From assembly GCF_963921235.1 (NCBI RefSeq), contig NC_086097.1:236966001-237030000 (forward strand): DNA of 64,000 nucleotides. The letters run 5' to 3'. Source of the DNA: Mobula hypostoma. Its lineage: Eukaryota. Position numbers and translations under genes: made by a program. Below, piece after piece: positions 12,893 through 26,286 of the stretch; the first letter of the stretch is position 1; each line of letters begins with the position of its first letter. A model generated the notes under the pieces. The model had not been told where the DNA came from, searched no databases, and worked only from the letters and a program-made list of their open reading frames with translations.

Positions 12893-13581
12893 GTTGTAGA
12901 ATCAGTTCAGAGTTGTGATGAGTGAACTTATACACGCGGTTCAGGAGGCTGATGGTTGTTCGGTAATAACTGTTCCTGATCCTGGTTGTGTGGGACCTAA
13001 GGCATCTGCACCTTCTGCTTAACTGTTGTAGCAAGAAGAGAGCATGGCCTGGATAGTGGAGTCTTTGCTTCTTTCTTGTGGCAGCACCCCATGTAAATGT
13101 TCTTAATGGTAGGGTAGGATTTGCCTGTGACAGACTGGGCTGTATCCAATAATTTTTGTAGACTTTTCTGTAGTTATTTTATGTTGAATGGCCAGTGTTG
13201 ATGATATGTAAACTGAATTAGCTGTTCTGTTTTTAATACCAGGAAGAATTGCCGAGTGAATGGTCAGATTGAGTTCTGCAAAACAGGAGCTAAATTGGTG
13301 AAGTTAGTAGGGCAGTGACCGATTATGGTGAAACATTCACAGAGTTTATCCAGAGAATGAGAGAGGGCGGTATCTTGCAAAGCATTAAGGAATTGTGACC
13401 CCAAAGAGGACAAAGGCCGTTGTTGACACAATTAGCTGGGAATTCTCAATACTCGGAAGTCACAATATTGGAACTGAGTTGAAATGTAGGATAGAAATTG
13501 CATCAGGAATATGAGTAAAGCCTCAGAAAATAATGACACTGAACAAAATGGGACAAATTATCCAGGAACCAGTCAATCGTT

Positions 13582-14389
13582 TAATGGACCGAGCTTAGGA
13601 GGATGATGGCGCCTAATTGCGACTCCTTTGCTTGCAAGTTCAGGAACAGCTCTATTTCTATCTTTGATATCTCTTTTTTCCCTCTCAAGGTTCTTTTGAA
13701 GACCCTGACCTGGAGATACATGCTAACTTTGGGACCCACTTTCAGAGCCTCACGACCAGCTGCTTTTCGATATGCCAAGGATGCGGCCTGGAAGACTAGC
13801 GCACCTCCAGGGTGCCGGATTTTCATGGCTCTGGAGGTGGGCAGATTCAAGGCCGGTGCCACCAACCGATATGTCGTGGGAGTACACTGGGGACAGAAAG
13901 CAACGAGCTGGCTGGGGCTGTGTGCCCGGAGACCCAAGTTCTTTGGGCACAGAGCTCAGAAAAACCGACTTAACACACTTTTAACACTATAAACCAGAGA
14001 GTTGTTTTGTTATGTCTCCCCTCTTGCTGTGAAATGGGGACATCTCTTTTTCCCTTATTAGGGAGAGAGAGAGCCTGTGGTGTGTTGAATACCAGGTGAA
14101 CGAGTAGTCTTTGGAGTACTGCAAGTCTGTGTCTTTATTAATGCCTTGCTACACGTTTGAGTGTTCGGTGGGGGGTGCTGATGCTTTTTGCTGGTGGTGG
14201 GGGTGGTGGCGGCCGTTGCTTTGCTACTGTTTATGCGTGGGGGGAGCTACGGAGATCTAACATTTAATTGTCATTCATTTTTTGGGGCACTCCTCTGTTT
14301 TCGTGGATGCTTGTGAAGAAAAAGAATATCAAGATGTATATTGTATACATTTCTCTGACAATATATGTACCTATTGAAACCTATTGAAA
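13582..14389 (+). mobile_element. Non-autonomous LINE-derived element with (acctattgaa)n tail; the same 3' end recurs at about 48335-48560 and 51700-51897
   Basis: gatggcgcc head; shared tail ttgtatacatttctctgac...acctattgaa. Confidence 0.6.
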
Positions 14390-15374
14390 TGCTTTAAAGA
14401 GGAAGATATATTAGAGGCATTGAAGACACTCTTAGGCACATGTATCATGGAAAACAAATGGAAGGGTATGTAGAAAGGAAGGGTTAGATTGATCACAGAG
14501 AAATTTAAAATATTGGCACAACACCATAGGCCGATGTGACTGTACTGTGCTGTAATGTTCTACACATGTTCTAAATATACAGATTTGGAAGATACACTGT
14601 CCATCTAAGAACACAGCAAACTGACAAATTAGTAAAACAGAAGGCAATGGGTAGCTGCTTAAATGAGAAATACAGGAGGCAGGAAGAATCCATAAGGACA
14701 AGTCAGTCGAGGTCAAAGTCATCTATTAAGCAAATAGTACTTGGCAACTGTAATGAAATGCCGGATGAAAGCTTGGGTGAAAATCTTTAATAATTCTGCA
14801 TGTTTGAGCTCTTCAGAAAAATAAAAGCCGATAGAATCCAAGGGAGAATAACAACTTGGACTCAAAACTGATACAGTGGTGTGAAGCAAAGAGATAGTTT
14901 ATGAATTCCTTCATGACAGGGAAGCTATTTCTAGTGGAGTTAGATTAGTCCATTGCTTTTTGCTGCACCTTTAAATGACTTGGTCAAATGCAAATAACAC
15001 AATAAATAAGTTTGTAGGTAGAAGGATGGTAGGAAACAAGAACAGCTGATATCTCAGATATTTCAGATTCAGACTTATTATTCACATGTACATGGGATAT
15101 ATCGGAATCAGAAATATCTGAAGCCCATTGTCTGAAAACACGACACAGGCAGGAACCCTCATCTCAGTTAACAAGTACTTAGCTGTGTACTTAAAGAACT
15201 ATAACTGCAGGGCTACAGAATCAGAAGGTGGAATTCAGCTACCACACTTTTTAAATCAAAATTTAACGCAGAAAAGGATTGAGAGGGAAAATAAATTGCC
15301 ATGATCAAACAGTGGAGCTGACTTGATGGGCGGAATGGCTTTTGGTCTTAATTGACTGCTAGGGACTCAGTCTC

Positions 15375-18300
15375 AGCAGAAAGCAGTTGATTGGGCAATC
15401 AAAAATTGAAAAGCTCTGACAAATAAAAGGAGGGGTAACTAAAGAGGAGCGGCCAGTGTTTGAGTGGCTCAGGGTAGGAGTGGAGCTTTGTGGCTTTGGC
15501 TCGAGAGGCTTCGGCGAGCAGAGGCTGAGGACCAGCTTGTTCTCAGTGAGGTAAGGCTGGGTAAGTTCCTTTAATTAACTTAATTAACTTAGGAGTATTT
15601 AACGGAGGCAGTAGATAGGGCAGTCCAGTGCTACGATTGTAGGATGTGGGAAGTCACAATTGTCTCTGATGACTACGCCTGCAAAAGGTGCATCCAGCTG
15701 CAGCTCCTGTTAAACCGAGTTAGGGAATTGGAGCTGGAGCTGGATGAACTTCCGATCATTCAGGAGGCAGAGGCCGTAATAGATCTGAGTTTCAAGGAGA
15801 CGGTCGCCCCTAAAATTTAGGAGACAAGTAACTGGGCGACTGTCAGGAGAGGGAAGGAGAATAGACAGAAAGAGCAGAGCACCCCTGTGGCCATTCCCAT
15901 CAATAATAAGTATACTGTTTTGAATACTGCTGGTGGGGACGACCTACCAGGGACAAGTTGTAGTGGTCGCGTCTCTGGCACCGAGACTGGACCCTCAGCT
16001 CAGAAAGGAAGGAGGGAAAAGAGGAGAGCAGTAGTGAAAGGGGATTCGATAGTTAGGGGGACAGATAAGAAATTCTGTGGGAGAGATCGAGAATCCTCGA
16101 CGGTCTGTTGCCTCCGGGTTCACGATATCTCGGATCGAGTTCTCGGTATTCTCAGGAAAGAGGGTGAGCAGCCAGATGTCATGGTCCACATGGGAACCAA
16201 TGACATTGATAGGAGTAGGGATGAGGTCCTGAAGAAGGAATATAGGGAGTTAGGAAAGAAGTTAAAAAGCAGGACCTCAAGGATGGTAATCTCAGGATTG
16301 CTGCCTGTGCCACGAGACAGAGAGGGTAGGAACAGGAAGTGATGGCAGATGAATGCATGGATGAAGAGTTGGTGCAGGGGGCGGGGGTTCAGATTTCTGG
16401 ATCATTGGGATCTCTTCTGGGGAAGGTCTGACCTGTACAAAAAGGACGGGCTGCACCTGAACTGGAAAGGGACCAATATCCTGGCGGGCAGGTTTGCTAG
16501 AGCTGTTGGGGAGGGTTTAAACTAGTTTGGCCGGGGGGTGGGAATCAGAATGTGAGTGCAGAGTTTAGGGTAGAAGGACAAGGGCATGATGCTATGTGTT
16601 CTGAGTTGGTGAGGAAGGACAGGCAAGGGACAAAACATAAATGTTAGCCAGTTAGAGGGGTTGAAATGTGTCTATTTCAGTGCTATGAGTATAAGGAATA
16701 GAGGGGATGAACTTAGAGCATGGATCAGTACGTGGAACGACAATGTTGTGGCCGTTACTGAAATTTGGCTGGAGGAAGGGCAGGATTGGCTGATGGAGGT
16801 ACTGGGGTTTAGGTGTTTTAAAAGGACTAGGATGGGAGGTAGAAAAGGTCGGTGGGGGCGGAGTAGCATTACTGGTCAGGAATAGTATCATGGCTATAAA
16901 AAGGGATGACACTGCAGGGGGAATGACCACTGAGTCGGTGTGGGTGGAAGTCAGAAATAGGAAGGGATCAATCACTGTGCTGGGAGTAGTCTATAGGCCC
17001 CCAAATAGCCCTCGGGACACCGAGGAGCAGATAAGCAGGCAGATTTTAGAATGGTGCAGGAAATACAGGGTTATAGTTATGGGTGATTTCAACTTCCCTC
17101 ATATTGACTGGCACCTCCTGACTGCAAGGGGGATAGATGGGGCTGAATTTGTCAGGTATGTTCAAGAAGGATTCCTGACACAATATGTGGACCGGCCGAC
17201 GAGAGGAGAGGCCATACTGGATCTAGTTCTGGGTAATGAACCTGGTCAGGTGGCAGACCTCTTGGTGGGGGAGCATTTTGGTGAGAGTGACCACAACTCC
17301 CTTAGCTTCAGCATAGCTATGGAAAAGGACAAAAACAGACAAAATGGGAAAGTGCTTAACTCAGGAAGGGCTAACTATGAAGGGATGAGGCAGGAACTAG
17401 CGAGAGTAAATTGGAAACAGATGTTCCAGGGTGAAAGCATGGAAGTAATGTGGAGGAAGTTTAGGAACCACTTGTGCTGGGTTCAGGATAGGTTTGTCCC
17501 ACTGAGACAAGGAAAAAATGGTAGGAAAAGGGAACTGTGGCTGACAAAACACGTGAGGCAACTCATTAAGAGGGAGAAGGAAGCATATGTTAGGTATAAG
17601 AAGCAGGAAGCAGGAGGGGCTCATGAGAAATATAGGGTAGCCTGGAAGGAGCTTAAGAAAGGACTTAGGAGAGCTCGAAGGAGGCAGGAGAAGGCCTTGG
17701 CATGTAGGATTAAGGGGAACCCCAAGGCATTCTATGCGGATGTGAAGAACAGAAGGAGGATAAGAATGAAGGTGAGGCCGCTAAAGGATAAAGAAGGCAA
17801 CATGTGCCTGGAGGCGGAGGAGGTTGGGGAGGTCCTAAATGAATACTTTGCTTCAGTATTCACAAGTGAAAAGGACCTTGATCAGGGTGAGGTCGAAATA
17901 GAACAGGCCTGTGTGCTGGACAATGTGGAGATTAAGGAAGAAGAAATGTTGGATCTTCTTAAAAACATCAAGATTGATAAGTGCCCAGGGCCGGACGTGT
18001 TATACCCCAGGTTGCTGTGGGAAGTGAGAGAAGAGATCGCTGGAGCAGTAGCTATGTTCTTTGAATCCTCTTTGTCTGCAGGAGAGGTGTCAGAGGATTG
18101 GAGAATGGGAAATGTAATTCCCTTGTTTAAAAAAGTTAATAGGGAGAATCCTGGGAACTATAGACCGGTGAGTCTTACGTCGGTGGTCTGCAAACTATTG
18201 GAAAGGATTTGCAACTCTACAAATCTCTGGTGAGACCACACTTAGAGTATCATGTTCAGTCCTAGTCACCTCATTATAGGAAGGATGTGGAAGCTATGGA

Positions 18301-18792
18301 GAGGGTGCAGAGGAGATTGACCAGGATGTTGCCTGGATTGGAAAACAAGTCTTATGAGGCAAAGTTAGCAGAGCTGGGACTTTTCTCTTTGGAGCGTAGA
18401 AGGATGAGAGGGGACTTGATAGAGGTCTACAAGATTATGAGAGGCACAGATAGGGTGGATAGCCAATACCTGTTTCCCAGGGCACAAATAGCAAACACCA
18501 GAGGGCATATGTACAAAGTTAAGGGAGGGAAGTTTAAGGGAGACATCAGGGGTAAGTTTTTTACACAGAGGGTTGCGGGTGCCTGGAATGACTTGCCATG
18601 GATGGTGGTGGAGGCTAAAAGATGAGGGATATTTAAGAGCCTCTTGGACAGGCACATGGCTGAAAGAAAAATAAAGGGTTATGGGGTAGTGTGGGTTTAG
18701 TGCGTTTTCTTTAAAGGAATATATGAGTTGGCACAACATCGAGGGCCAAAGGGCCTGTACTGTGCTGTAGTATTCTAGTGTCTAGTGTCTAG
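15375..18792 (+). mobile_element. Near full-length CR1 LINE (ORF1 about 15600-16525, ORF2 from about 16660) lacking the RT core
   Basis: ORF1 GDSIVRG/HMGTND esterase; endonuclease VYRPP, MGDFNFP, LDLVL, SDHN; NYRPVSLTSVVCKLLE then jumps to the C-terminus; (ctagtgt)n tail. Confidence 0.92.
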
Positions 18793-19458
18793 GACACAGC
18801 GAGCCTCCTAATGCATTTTTTAATGACTGAAGCACAAGACTGAGAAGCAAGGATTGATCCTTGGAGCAAACAATAAAGGCACACATTAATAATGCAATAC
18901 TGCATAACCGGAAAATGAAATTCTGATCTACTCTGTAACCAAGGGTATTGTTTCTACGGTGCCTTGGTGAGTTTCATAACAGAACAAAGATATCTGTAAA
19001 CATTAGTCAGATAATCTGATCCAGCAGGAATTATGAGCTGAGGAAAGGTTAGAATAAATGCCCCACAAGAAGTTCTAAGAAATTAATTTCCAGAAATAAA
19101 TCTAATACCTAAAGGATCATAATGTTTGTGTTGTTCTGAGTAAAAAGTATAAAGCAAAAATTACATGTCCCGAGGGCATTTTGTGGATTGGAAAACTCAT
19201 CAGGTTGTACAGGCATTAATGTAACCAGCATCTCCTCCATTTGAACACGGATAGAGTTGACCGGAACACTTTGGATATTGTTCATGTAGCTAAATGAAGT
19301 AGAATGTTTCAGTGAGGGTACTTCTACTGAACTGCAGGCTGACTCCCACCTATTTCCCAATGATGTTCTTTCCTTGCCCTTCACCAAGTGCCTTGCTTCC
19401 TCCTCCCAGGTATGTGTTATACTCCAAGAAGAAACCTCCTGATGCACCAATACCTGGG

Positions 19459-20362
19459 AGAAAGTAATAAGGATGCTAAGAGGATGCAGGGTGACTTGGA
19501 TAGGTTGGGTGAGTGGGCAAACTCATGGCAGATGCAATTTAATGTGGATAAATGTGAAGTTATCCACTTTGGTGGCAAAAATAGGAAAACAGATTATTAT
19601 CTGAATGGTGGCCGATTAGGAAAAGGGGAGGTGCAACGAGACCTGGGTGTCATTATACACCAGTCATTGAAAGTGGGCATGCAGGTACAGCAGGCGGTGA
19701 AAAAGGCGAATGGTATGCTGGCATTTATAGCGAGAGGATTCGAGTACAGGAGCAGGGAGGTACTACTGCAGTTGTACAAGGCCTTGGTGAGACCACACCT
19801 GGAGTATTGTGTGCAGTTTTGGTCCCCTAATCTGAGGAAAGACATCTTTGCCATAGAGGGAGTACAAAGAAGGTTCACCAGATTGATTCCTGGGATGGCA
19901 GGACTTTCATATGAAGAAAGACTGGATGAACTGGGCTTGTACTCGTTGGAATTTAGAAGATTGAGGGGGGATCTGATTGAAACGTATAAGATCCTAAAGG
20001 GATTGGACAGGCTAGATGCAGGAAGATTGTTCCCGATGTTGGGGAAGTCCAGAACGAGGGGTCACAGTTTGAGGATAGAGGGGAAGCCTTTTAGGACCGA
20101 GATTAGGAAAAACTTCTTCACACAGAGAGTGGTGAATCTGTGGAATTCTCTGCCACAGGAAACTGTTGGGGCCAGTTCATTGGCTATGTTTAAGAGGGAG
20201 TTAGATATGGCCCTTGTGGCTACAGGGGTCACGGTGTATGGAGGGAAGGCTGGGGCGGGGTTCTGAGTTGGATGATCAGCCATGATCATAATAAATGGCG
20301 GTGCAGGCTCGAAGGGCCGAATGGCCTACTCCTGCACCTATTTTCTATGTTTCTATGTTTCT
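19459..20362 (+). mobile_element. Young 5'-truncated CR1 LINE with open ORF2 C-terminus
   Basis: Uninterrupted WQMQFNVDKC...[15 protein letters not shown]...RGHSL; (tttctatg)n tail; aatacc(t/a)ggg on both flanks. Confidence 0.92.
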
Positions 20363-21359
20363 AATACCAGGGGGCATAATACTAAAATAAGGGGCATAAT
20401 TTTAAGGGGGGGGATATCAGAGGTAGTTTTTTTTTAACACGGAGAGTGGTGGGGTGGTGGTAGTGCCAGATAAATTAGGGCCATTTAAAAAATTCTTGGA
20501 TAGGCCCATGGATGAAAGAAAACTGGAGGAAAATCTATACATTTATTTAGAGACACAGCATGGAGCAGCCCTTCCAGCAACCCACCTATTTAACCCTAGC
20601 CTATTCATGGGACAATTTACAATGACCAATGGACCGACTAACCAGTACTTCCTTGGAATCTGAGAGGAAACCCATGCATTCATGAGGCGGACATACAAAC
20701 TCCTTGCATATTACGTTAGAATTGAACTCCAAGCTGTTAACCACTATGCTACCATGTGGCCTGTGGCTGTGTAGGAGGGCTGGGTTAGATTAACCTTGGA
20801 ATAGGTTAAAGAGTCAGCACAACATCATGAGTTGAAGGGGCTATACATTGTTACACTGTTCTGTCTTCTAAGCACCACTTGTTGTAGAATTCAGCACTTT
20901 TTAAAATTAACAATATCCCTGTACCATTTAAATCAGTAACCAGTGGAGACCAGTCAATTGCTAACATCTAAGCAATTGATAATCTTTTCAAGTAGGATTT
21001 GGTAAAAATGTCCTTCATAACTTCTGAACGTATGTTTATCAATGGGATTTGGGAAACAGGGAGCACAGACAGATTATTGATGTCTAATTTAACAGAGCTG
21101 GTTAGTCGGTTTCAATTTACCTTTACAAACTAAATGACATCATGTCTCTTCAGCTTGAACACCTATGGCCCACACAGACATCGAATACCCTCGTACCATT
21201 AACAATACAGTGGCAAGGAAACTCAATTCAGACAATTATTGTGCTTGTCCATATTGCTATTTGTATCTCACTTGGCACCCACAGTTTCAAAGTGCTGAAT
21301 TCTGCAGCCCTGGATATTAATTAAGGTCATTGTTAAAATCAAGGAATGCTAATATCTGA

Positions 21360-21700
21360 ACACAAGAGTTTCTGCAGATGCTGGAAATATCTTGTCTCTA
21401 CTTCTTTCTCCTGTTAGACTCCTTCTTCTTCAGCCATTTACCTCCTTCACCTATCCCTTCCCAGCTTCTTACTTCAAACCCCTCCCCTACCAACCTATCT
21501 GTCCCCTCACCTGGTTTCACCTTTTATCTTCTTACTTGTACTCCTCCCACTCCCCCCATCCTTCTTTTACTGGCATCTGCCCCCATCCTTTCCAGTCCTG
21601 ATGAAAGTCCTCAGACCAAAAACATCGACTATTTATTCTCCTCCATAGATGCTGCCTGACCTGCAGAGTTCATCCATCTTTTTGTGTATGTTGCTCAATG
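21360..21700 (+). mobile_element. Penelope-like terminal region; similar pieces at about 24765-24900, 30590-31150, 31375-31630, 56305-57480, 63048-63265
   Basis: ccagtcctgatga...gact...atagatgctgcctgacctgc motif. Confidence 0.7.
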
Positions 21701-22214
21701 CTAATATCTGGCTGAATGCAGAGGAATATTGCAGTCTCTAAACATTACAGTACAATAAGAAGGATTTCTGAACAATTAGAATTATAATGAATGAATTAAT
21801 TAATTATAATATGTGCCATGAAAACATCATGTTCCCCGCATTATATCTCATCTGGCAAATTCTTGCCCACTCCATAATTCTTTTCTTCATTATAGACCCT
21901 TAAGTCCTCCTCACAACTCATCTGAAATCTCTTTTGGTTAACTTGGTTGCTATGCACTTGTTCACTTCAATGCATTTACTCTAGATTGTATATGGATGAG
22001 GTTCCAGCTCTGACCTTCTTGGGATTACACTTATACAGCTCATCAAATGATCCATTATCCTCATTCTATTTTAATTATTGGTTAACCCATCCTCTAGCTT
22101 TACCAAAAATTCCTTGCAATATGATTGGTTCTTAACTTGTGCCATATTTTTCTCATATGGTATATAAATAGATGTCTTTAGAAATCCAAACATATTGCAG
22201 TTTCTGATTCCATT

Positions 22215-22692
22215 TTGTCTTCCTTACTGGTAATATGAGCAGAATGATGAGCACGCACACTAAAAACAGAATACTGCAGTGCTACATTTATTCTATCCTG
22301 ACTTATGGAAGTGAATGCTGGACCATTTCTCCAGCAATGGAAAAGAGACGAGAAGCAGCTGAATTATGGTTCCACAGGAGAACGTTAAGAACATCATGGA
22401 CCACACACACATCAAATGAAGAAGTTCTCAGAAGAGCCCAAGCAGTTCGATCACTCATACCAACAATAAGAGAAAGGCAAACTTAGATTCCTAGGACACA
22501 TCATGCGGAAAGATGAACTAGAAAAACTCATACTCTCTGGAAAGATTGAGGGGAATAAACCTAGAGGAAGACCTCAGCTTATGTACACCAAAAGCATAGC
22601 CAGGTGGTTACACATTGAGGAAAGGGTAGATCTATATGGAAAACCACGGTCACCAAAGTCTGCATCGGATATGGTACCTAGACAGACAGACT
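22215..22692 (+). mobile_element. RTE (BovB-like) LINE 3' fragment
   Basis: ILTYGSECWT...WFHRRTLRTSW...SNEEVL...GHIMRK...GKIEGNKPRGRP; (agac)n tail. Confidence 0.85.
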
Positions 22693-23024
22693 GGTAATAT
22701 CTTCAATGAACTCTAATAAATTTAACAAATGTGATTTCCATTTCAGAAGTTTATGTTGAGGTGTTATCAGCCTTACTGCTTGGGGAAAGTAATTGTCTTT
22801 GAATCTGGTGGCCTCCTTCCTAACACCAGTGAGACAGATAGTCCATGAGCTGGGCGGTAGAATCCTTCATGATGTTATTGTCTCTTTTACAGCACCTTAC
22901 CATTGTAGAACCTTACTGCCTGCTTGGGTGTAGTCTTAACTAATCAATAAAAACAAAAAAAAAACAAGCCACATTTGAAGATCAGCTTATTTGGATGCTC
23001 TCTACTGTGTATCTGTAGATTGAC

Positions 23025-23439
23025 TGTCACAACCACGGATTCGTCAGCACAGTAGATACGGCAATTCTGCTCGAGAATATGAACGTGTCAGCTCATTATT
23101 ATTTTGTTGTGATAGTATTTAACTTCATTCACTCCATCGTAGTGTTTGTCGAGACTTGGACACAACAAAGCTTTTCTGCCTGTTTGCATTCTGCCTTGCC
23201 TGAGAAATTGGACTGTCGAGTCAACTGACTCTGAAGACTAGCGGTAATCATTTTATTCTTGGTTGTTCTTCTCAGCCGCTTCGTTTTCCATTTGTGAGTT
23301 TTAGTTAACGGCCCTGTTTGGCCTAATGTTTATTGTATTCTTTTTCCTTTAATACTGTTTGCATTTTAGTCTGTGAACTACCGACCTGCTTCAGTGTCTG
23401 TCACTCCACACTTGGGCCATATCCGAACCTGGGGTGACA
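23025..23439. mobile_element. Probable solo LTR
   Basis: 415 bp bounded by TGTCAC...GTGACA; flanks ttgac/ctggc match only 3 of 5. Confidence 0.5.
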
Positions 23440-23776
23440 CTGGCATGTGAATAGATGTGCAGAATCCAGCTCTCTTCAGCCTCCTCAGAAAGTATAGGTG
23501 AGCTTTGCTGATTGTGTAGGGTGTGTTCTAGGACCATGAGAGATTGTGTGAGATGTGCAAGATGTGTAGGATATAAGTTGTCGAAATCGGTTTTAGTTTC
23601 TGTAAAAAAAAAGAGATCAGCTCTTCTGGTCACGAAAGAGAAAATCTGCAGAGGCTGGAAATCCGAGCTTTTCTGACAACATGAACTTCAGTTCTAATAA
23701 AAAAAAATTGGATTATCCTTAAAAAATCTTGGATCATTTCTATAAGTTAGTTGACAGGACACAGGTGGAACAAATA

Positions 23777-24184
23777 CAGCACTCTGCAAAAGCCTTAGGC
23801 ACATGTAAAAAAATCTGTAAAGTGAAGACGCTTTCATAAATAATGAAATGAAAAGTTTCTAAATATCCAAGAATTTACTATAAAAGGCAGTAAATAGTAA
23901 AAGAAAATTAAATCGAATGGATCTTTGGTGTGACCACCCTATTAAAACTGCATCAATAATCTTAGGTACAGTTTAATAAGAAAATTGGTTGGTAGGTTGT
24001 TCCAAGCATCTTGGAGAACTTGCCACAGTTCTGTTGCAGATTTTGGCTGCCTTGCTTAATTCTGTCTCTCCAGGTATTTCCAGACAGCCTCAATGATGGT
24101 GCAATCAGGGCTCTGTGAACAATCTGAAACCATATAAAAAAATCTAGGGGGCCCAAGAGTTTTGCACAGTACTGCACAGTACTG
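23777..24184. mobile_element. Tc1-family non-autonomous element
   Basis: TA|cagcactctgcaaaagccttagg ... ttttgcacagtactg inverted ends. Confidence 0.7.
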
Positions 24185-25608
24185 TATTTGTTTTATTTGT
24201 TAACAAAACCTGTCAAGAAAGAATATGTGGAAGTAGAAGCATATCATACATTTTAATACAATTATCAATAAAACAAACAGTAGTGCTTGCATCAAAACAA
24301 CAATGGAATGCAACCTAGAATAAATTATGCAAACATATTTTGATCATTTGCGAATGCCCTTTGAGTGACATTACTACTCAAAAATATCAGTCACATTTAA
24401 AAAGTATCTGCATGAACACTTGATGCAACATAACCCTCAACACCACAGGCCAAGATCCAGAAGAATCAACTGACTAGTTGTCTTTCGGTCAGCATGAGAC
24501 ACGGCCAAAATTGATTCTTTCTATACTATAAATTTTTAATTCTATAGGATACAGATGCATTAGGAAAGATTTGAAGAAATGTGAGAGACATTGAAACACT
24601 TTTTTTTAAAAAAAGGTCATATAAGTAGAAAGTGGTATTAAACTAGGAGAAGGATACTTCAGAGTATATATACATGCAATGATTAATTGAGACAAGTGGT
24701 CCATTTCTCTGGAACACAATGAAACATCAGGGACCATTACGCAGAAAAAAAACTATAGAGTTATAAACACAAGCGATTCCGCAGGTGCTGGAAATCCCAA
24801 ACAACACACAGAAAACGCTGGAGGAATTCAGCAGTTCAGGCAGCGTCTATGGAGGGGAATAAACAGTTGACGTCTCAGTTTGAGAACCTTCGTCAAGACC
24901 CATTCTGATTCTAATTCTGCTTCAGAAGGAACCTGTGTGGTCAGTCAGCTTTTCGTATTGGTGATAATTAAAACCTACAGGTTACTTCAGCATAATTAGG
25001 TAAGTGAGCAGCAGGGCTTTGCAGAATAGGAAGGTAAGGCTTGAGCCCATGGTCATCTGCATTAATTGGTTGCAGCTAGTGTGGACAGCAGGCTGCTACA
25101 AATGGCATCAACATGCACACAGCTGGAGCTGAAGACCAGAAATCCTACTAGATCACGTTCCGATACGGGCACAACTCTGCCGTCGAGGACATCTTCAAAT
25201 GGTGGTACCTCAAGAAGATGACATCCATCAAGAAGGACCCTCACCATCTGGAACATACCCTTTTCTCATTACTACCATCAGAAGCCTGAAGACTCACACT
25301 CAATATTTTAGGAACAGCTTCTTCCCCTCCACTATCAAATTTCTGATCACCTCATGAACACTACCTCGCTATCCTCTTTTGCAAGATTTACTGGTTTATT
25401 ACAACTTACAGCGATTTTATGTCTTGTAGCGTACTGTTGCCACAGAACAACAGTTTTTATGGCATACATATGCCAGTGATAATACATTCAATTCTGATTC
25501 TGCTTCAGGAGGAAGTAGCTGGAAAGGTCATTACCAGTGTCAAAAAAAAGACAAAATGTCTTCCCTATTCACTGCTGCTTGGTAGGAAGATAATGGTGAG
25601 GTTTGTAC

Positions 25609-25767
25609 CTGAAAGTTGTAGCTCCATGTTGCTGTTTATGAGGGTGGCATTGACTCTGCCCGAGGAAGTGTTATAACTCGTGACTGTCAATGTCATGGGC
25701 TGCTTCTTTCCTTTGTAATTATAAGATCCCTTCCAAATATAGTACGGAGCAAAGACATCATCTGGAA
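25609..25767 (-). CDS. CSMD3: CSMD3 exon: (V)PDDVFAPYYIWKGSYNYKGKKQPMTLTVTSYNTSSGRVNATLINSNMELQLS
   Basis: Read manually; aattttcag acceptor, G|gtacaa donor; 159 nt, phase 1-1. Confidence 0.94.
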
Positions 25768-26220
25768 CTGAAAATTACAAATATTTTGGTAATGTATCAG
25801 AAAATATAAGATGTTAAAATGCACGATGAAAGATATGAGAATGAAACCGGATGGGGCACGTGGGGAAAAGAACAAGTAGAATCAACAATTACACAATATA
25901 AAATATTCATTTCACTGGACTTTGTTCAGAATATCAAACTAATTTGTGGTGTGCTGCTACCTATCCGCCTTCCCTACACATGTTGAACTCCCTCACCATT
26001 TTATACAATTCTTTGTGGTATGACACTTGGCACAGACTAGATGGGCCAAAGAGCCTGATTTTGTGCTGTAGCGTTCTATCATATGTAGAATAAATATGTT
26101 TTTTCAAAGCTTTTTATACCAAATCTTGTGCATATTAGTGCAAAAGAAAAAAACACACAACTTTCCACTTTTGAAACAAAGTATTGTATATTATGGTATT
26201 GGGGCTAAAATCTTAGACTT

Positions 26221-26286
26221 TGTGTTTGTGTGTATGTGTGCTTGTGTGTGCGTGCATGTGTGTGTGTGTGTGTGTGTATGTGTGTC
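26221..26286. repeat. (GT)n microsatellite
   Basis: Imperfect GT run. Confidence 0.95.

Noticed and set aside
13581..13992. Overlapping 118-129 aa ORFs
   Set aside because: Lie in the GC-rich head of a non-autonomous repeat; no recognisable protein
16890..18233. 447-aa ORF as a host or domesticated gene
   Set aside because: CR1 ORF2 with an upstream frameshift and a broken ORF1; no sign of exaptation
24902..25515. Direct repeat attctgcttcag(a/g)agga at about 24913 and 25497 as a TSD
   Set aside because: Overlaps low-complexity (tctgat)n tails; element boundaries cannot be fixed
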